A stretch of DNA of 64,000 nucleotides, from NCBI RefSeq assembly GCF_000143415.4, contig NW_003314412.1, positions 216,318 to 280,317 on the forward strand, given 5' to 3'. The notes under the pieces were generated by a model, which did not search any database, was not told the DNA's origin, and was given only the letters and a program-made list of their open reading frames with translations. Of this stretch, positions 58,677 to 64,000 are shown one piece after another. Source of the stretch: Selaginella moellendorffii. Lineage: Eukaryota > Plantae > Lycopodiophyta. The position numbers were made by a program, and so were the translations under genes. Positions within the stretch are counted from its first letter, which is position 1, and every line of letters begins with the position of its first letter.

Positions 58677-58851
58677 TATGTGGATTCCTTGAAAAACTCT
58701 TGCTGCGAATCTCACCACTTGGATTCCAGGAAACAAGGATGTGAACGGAGGAAGCCACTCACTCGCAAACAAGCTATGTGGATTCCTTGAAAAGCTCTTG
58801 CGGCGAATCAACGATGTGAGCCGAGGAAGCTACTCACTCGCAAACAAGCTA
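58677..58851. repeat. Interleaved short direct repeats upstream of the coiled-coil gene
   Basis: tatgtggattccttgaaaa.ctcttgc.gcgaatc twice (58677, 58775) and ggaagc.actcactcgcaaacaagcta twice (58750, 58825). Confidence 0.85.
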
Positions 58852-59278
58852 CCGCTCAAAGATCTACATCCTCAGAGCATTGTAATAATTTCTTTTCCCA
58901 GGAAACAAGGAGACTTCCTTCCAGGGACAGGGAATCTTAAAGCTCCAAGGCCGAGCTCCTTGCTTCCAGGCCCAGACCCTCCCAAGAAATGGATATGCTC
59001 AAGGAAGACAAGTGCTATAGCGGTGGAGATGCCATGCGACGGGATCTTGGTGGAATATGCCCGTGACAGAGGCAGGGGATCTTTTTCTTGTGCAAGGCAA
59101 ACGATTCTCCGCCGGATGCTCGCCACGTGCTCGGTGCGGATGCGTCGCGTTATCACGCGTTTGAGTCTGTGCGGATATGCCACGTCCGCGGCATCTCGCA
59201 TTTAATGATCTCCTAACCGTACGATTCCCAGGGGATATTCTTGATTCACACGAAGATTCTGTTTAAAATGGACAAACT

Positions 59279-62200
59279 TTACGAGAACTCGAGGAGCTTC
59301 TGGACTTTGAGCTGGGCGCTTTTTAAGTCCTTGTCCGCAAGATCCCGGTGTTGTAGCAATGAATAAACTTCCTCGAGTAGTTTTTGCTTTTCCCGTGAAT
59401 TTGACGAATGCCGAGAGCTCATCTCATCTTCAAATGCGGCAGCCTTTTCCGCGGCACGAGCCACGCATGATTCTGGAACCTGGATTGCAAGAAAGAGGAG
59501 CAATCTAGAATGAACAAGAGAAAACGAGCATACCTTTGCCAATCGAGCAACGTTTATGCCAAAGCTTCTGCTCGCTGCGCCGGGCTGGAGCTTGTAGAGG
59601 AACGTCACCTTTTGTGCCGCTTCTTGCACGGAGCTTTTGTCAAGGTCTCCTTCCGGGCTCTCCGCAAGATATGACATATGGTATGCTTGAACCCGGCCGG
59701 GAAAGAGCTTCACCACCTCCGTGACGTTCAAGTAGTGAGTAACGAAGAGCGTGAAGCATTGAACCTCTTGGAGAAGGTGATGGAGCGTCGCATACGCGAT
59801 GGCGACGCCGTCGTGCGTGCTGGTTCCTCTTCCCAGCTCGTCGATGACTACCAGCGAGCGAGAAGTTGCCTTGTGGAGAATAGTTGAAGCTTCGCTCAGC
59901 TCCTCGAAAAACGTACTGGAGCCCCTCTGGATTCTGTCCATCGCCCCCATTCTCGTAAACACGGCATCAAATACATGCAGTTTGGCTGTCGCGGCTGGAA
60001 CATACGATCCTATCTGCACGATAACAAAACATACGGAGTGAAAAGAAATAAAGATAGTTGCGAACCTGGGACATGATTGTGATTAGAGCAACTTGACGGA
60101 TGTAGCAACTTTTACCACCCATGTTTGGACCAGTGATTATTTGCGATCGTTCACCCTCACCAGAAAGAACTGTGTCATTTGGTACAAATGCATCTTGCAG
60201 AGTCGAATCTAGGACCTGCTCACGGAAAGAAATTCCAGTAATAATATTAAACGACAAGAGCAAAAGAAACAAACCGGATGTCGACCACCTTCTATCTTCA
60301 AAAGGCACGCTTCATCCACGAACTCCGGTCGAACATACCCCTGAAGCACATTTTTCATTCAGATAAGCGTTGAAAAACACAAGGAGACAGACCTGATTGC
60401 ACGAGACAACAGCAAGGGAATAAAGACAGTCGAGAGCTGCTAGTGCCTGTACTGCAGCCCGGAACTCCATGTGATAGGAGGTAAAGTCAGTGAGGAACAT
60501 GTCCCATGCTTTGGCGCAAGATATATTTAATTGCTCCTTTGCAAGTGCCATTCTTTCCGATGCTTCCAAGACCTCCGGAGGATGATAGCGGTTTGCCTTT
60601 TTCGTACTGTTTATTTTAACCCAATCTGCAGGTACACGCTGCGCACATGGAACCTGAAACTACAAGCTTTTAGCAATCAAATAACTGAATTGAGAAAAAG
60701 AAAGTACCTCGACCAAAAACGACGTTCCCGAGACGCTCAAGTATTCCAGATTTGAACACTTCAACAGTTTCCGATAACTGGGAAGAAAACTTTCGAGATC
60801 CTCCTCAATACTTTTTATGTTCTCTTTGCATTCGTCTACCTGAAACACGACTTAAACGAAGTCTGGGAAACGATAACAAAACCTCGGGAAACTGGCCGGC
60901 AACAAATAAGTTAATCTTATCCCCAGCAGCTGCTGCCTCTGCATTCAAACTTGTCACAAGCTTGTTTGCGTGATCTATCACTGAAGTTGAAGTCACTGCG
61001 GAGATTAGCCTGCTGAGGAGCGCAGACCTGGCGTCGCGAACCCGTTGAAACTGCGACGCTGCTTTCATAATCGCATTAATCACGTTAATGAACTGCAGCA
61101 AACATTACGGTCAGAAAGAATAACAACAGGATTACAGAAAAGGAAAGGTGCCTCATACGTTGCTGTTTTGTGATAAATTCTTGTGATACCACGCTCAAGA
61201 TCAGGCAATTTTCCCAGCAGCAACAACGTTGAAGCTAAAGTTGCAACTGTTGTACCTCTGCCTTTATCTCCAATGGATTCGGCAATTTCCGCAACGGCGT
61301 CTAAACGTTGAGAAATAAGCATGCGGTCTCTTAACGGATGGGTCACCTGAAAATAGACATGAATGAAAAAACGAAAAATCCAAGATTGTGACTGAGACCA
61401 AACTCCTTACCCAATACTTAAGCAGCCTCGCGCCAAAAGCAGTTTTTGTGTGGTTCATAAGCCAGAATAAACATCCGTTTTCAGTACCATCAGTTTGGTT
61501 ATGTAGAATCTAGAAAGAAAAAAATTGTTACTGGCAAGTACACATCGCATTCAGTGATTACCTCAAGCTGGCGGATGGTATTGGGCGAGAGCGTCATCTC
61601 TTGCTGCCCGGCAAATGGTCGGAAAAGAGCTCCTAAGCGCAATACATTTTCCAGATTAAACTGCTTCAGGTAAGCAAATATATGCGCAAACGCAGCAACC
61701 ACGATTTCTGGCATCGTCATCAACGCCTGCAAACTTCAATTCTCATCCGATAGAGTAATCAAGACAACTAGAAAATTACCTCTAGCCCTCCATCAACCTT
61801 CTCGTCCAGACAGCCTTTCTTAGAAGACGCCAAGCTCCCGTAGAAGTCCGCAAGAGCAGCAACGGTACCGCCATTGTCAAACGAGTTCTCAGGCGTCTTC
61901 TCGACTCGAACATCCGCTGCGCCTGCATAGTCCATCAACAACTATAGAAAAATCACCATCATTCATATACAACCCGATCAGAGAAAAAAAAAAGCTTACC
62001 TTCTTTGTAGAAGCGGACAAGGACGCAGATAAAAGAAGTTCTGCGGGAGCACACGCAAGCAACCGTGATTCCAGTTCCGTCCTGGTGACAGTGTCCATAA
62101 AGTGACCATACATCACGTCTCCGGTCGAGGTTTCCACGGCCACCACCCCAAATCTAGCATCAAAACTTCCCCTCACTTCGTCCTTTCCAGCGTTGGCCTT

Positions 62201-62740
62201 GTGCTCGGTGATTGCCTCCTCCACAACACACATGATATAGCTGCTAAGACGAATAGGTCCATCCCTTTCCCCGCTCTCTTCTCCCCCAAGAAACTCCCCG
62301 GCCTCGAGCGTGGCCTTGGTATATAGCGCCGAGAGATCTCTCGAGAACGGGCCAGCCTTGTTCGTCCCGTGAGCTTTGATAGCCGCTGTCTCGGTCTGCT
62401 TGACAACGCCAACTTTGTAGCCAGCTTCCACAAGCCTTCTCACATGTACGTGCAGCCGGAACGTTGGAACGCTGGCAGTGAGAAAGTTGTGGCTGTAGTA
62501 AGCAACGATTCCCAAAACATTGGCTGCTTTCTCCGCATCCTCTCCGAAAAATCGAAACTTGTATCCCACCTGGATGTCTGGGAATTTCTTCTTGAGCTCC
62601 ACAATCTGCTGCTCCAGAGGAGTAAGCTTCTCCTTCACTGACGGCGGCTTTCCATAAAAGGAGGAATTTCCACCACCGCCATCCCTGTCCCCCTCTCCAA
62701 GAAGAACATCTACACACTTTCTGCGCCTGTCTTTAATCGC
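59279..62740 (-). CDS. MSH3: DNA mismatch repair protein MSH3; 5' end damaged, possible pseudogene
   Basis: [108 protein letters not shown]; no start codon or PIP-box exon found. Confidence 0.88.
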
Positions 62741-62744
62741 TTCC

Positions 62745-62930
62745 CCCGATATTCTGCAATCGAAAAATTGAAACTTTGTATCCCACCTCAACAATGAGAA
62801 GAGTGTCTAGAAATTTCTTCCTGAGCTCCACAATCTGCTGCTACAGAGGAGTAAGCTTCTCCTTTCCTGACGGCAACTTTCCATCACAGGAGGAATTTCC
62901 ATTAGAAGCATCCTGTCCCCAATAACATTT
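62745..62930 (-). pseudogene. Degraded tandem duplicate of the MSH3 domain-I start
   Basis: KLTPL*QQIVELRKKFLDTLLIVEVGYK with an in-frame stop and a frameshift. Confidence 0.85.
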
Positions 62931-63165
62931 ACAAAATTTCTATACTTGTGTGCTTGCTTTAGATGTAGAAGCCAGGTTGGGGTATTGATTGGCTGCATTC
63001 TCAGCTGGTCGTTTAAGATGACACGGCAATCATTCTTGAAAAAGTTGGTGGCGGCAGTGATTAGTATATTTATTATAAGATTCTTATTTTATTTTATTAG
63101 AATAATATTATTTGTAGGTGAACCATATATTATAGCTTACTTGCTACACTAAATTTGAGAGGGAG

Positions 63166-64000
63166 ATGGAAACTCTTTGGCTAACTATTTTCCTGTTGCA
63201 TTTGTTAGTTATTATTGTTAGGTATTGCAAGAGTGAAATTTCTACAATATTTATCTTAGACTCATTGGTAGATTATAGAAATAATAATTACATTTTAAAC
63301 ACTTATGCAAAGGTCAATTTTCCTCCCTGTGAAAGAGAATTCCTTAGTGGAGCAAGAAGGAAATTTTCAAATGGAAATCTCATTCTTGATGTGAATAAAG
63401 TGTTTAACTTTGCCCATTTGCAACTCCATATTTGAATCTTTAATTAAGTCAACCATTTTTATCACCCACAAAGAATATATAGCAAGGTGTAAATTATAGA
63501 GATGTTAGATGTGGATTGTTCAATACTACTGAAAATACATTTTTAATTTTGTTTAAAGATAATTCCTTTAATTTTTAATTTTTATCAAGAGAATTTTAAA
63601 ATTATCCATGACCTATCTATCTACAAGTGAATTTTTTTATTAAAGATAAATATATATTCATATCTCAAATTGGTCTAAATGCAACATTAAACATTATAAA
63701 TAAGTCTATATTTTACATAACATATGGATCTAATGATATAACTAATAGATATTATGAACCTGGTTCTTTTGTGCCAAGTCAATACATAATTTTAGAGTTT
63801 TTTGTCATTTTGATGCAATTTTATGATACTCAAATTTGGATAAATATAATTCATAGCTTTAAATTATTTTACAACCTTTTTATTTATGTTATAAGTCTTA
63901 TATCAAGAAGAAACATTCAAAATTGTGATTGTATAGTTATTTCTTTTAGGTTGTAATACACTCTTTTTTATTAGACACCATTAACTAACCTAAAAAATAG
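63166..64000 (+). pseudogene. GDSL esterase/lipase pseudogene
   Basis: Signal peptide; IFILDSLVDYRNNNY..AKVNFPP..KFSNG (eroded block I, GDS Gly lost); KSIFYITYGSNDI (block III); stops; very AT-rich. Confidence 0.8.

Noticed and set aside
58741-59205. 154-aa and 109-aa ORFs between the coiled-coil gene and MSH3
   Set aside because: Non-ATG or repeat-derived starts and no recognisable motifs; probably promoter/UTR sequence
7372-62740. MND1 + MSH3 + ALADIN as a meiotic or genome-stability cluster
   Set aside because: Separated by tens of kb of unrelated genes; no evidence beyond chance

Overview
Gene-dense eukaryotic land-plant DNA with very short (about 50-80 nt) spliceosomal introns and tiny intergenic spacers. 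Style and gene content suggest a lycophyte such as Selaginella (inference, not verified). 1-11.3 kb is housekeeping: ARID/PHD protein 3' end, small HLH-ACT protein, glucan water dikinase, MND1, ERGIC3 and a plastid GNAT. 11.9-30.3 kb is a dynamic accessory island: three secreted Ole e I-domain wall proteins (two with long Lys/Glu/Tyr repeats), PPR and peroxidase pseudogenes, a class I sHSP, an intronless secreted unknown-domain + bulb-lectin gene with scrambled relic copies, a multi-LTR TRIM with a perfect TSD, an NHL/LEA_2 gene and a degenerate LTR element. 30.6-41.4 kb holds NRT2, an orphan secreted protein, an RLCK kinase and a head-to-head pair of DCD genes. 41.4-57.7 kb is a near-identical 8.1 kb tandem duplication (GH17, germin, gag relic, intronless ALADIN, transposon-derived coiled-coil gene) joined at a 6-bp microhomology. 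The window ends with an MSH3 whose 5' end is damaged and an AT-eroded GDSL pseudogene. All calls come from motif recognition by eye; exon boundaries are approximate where stated and no searches were run.
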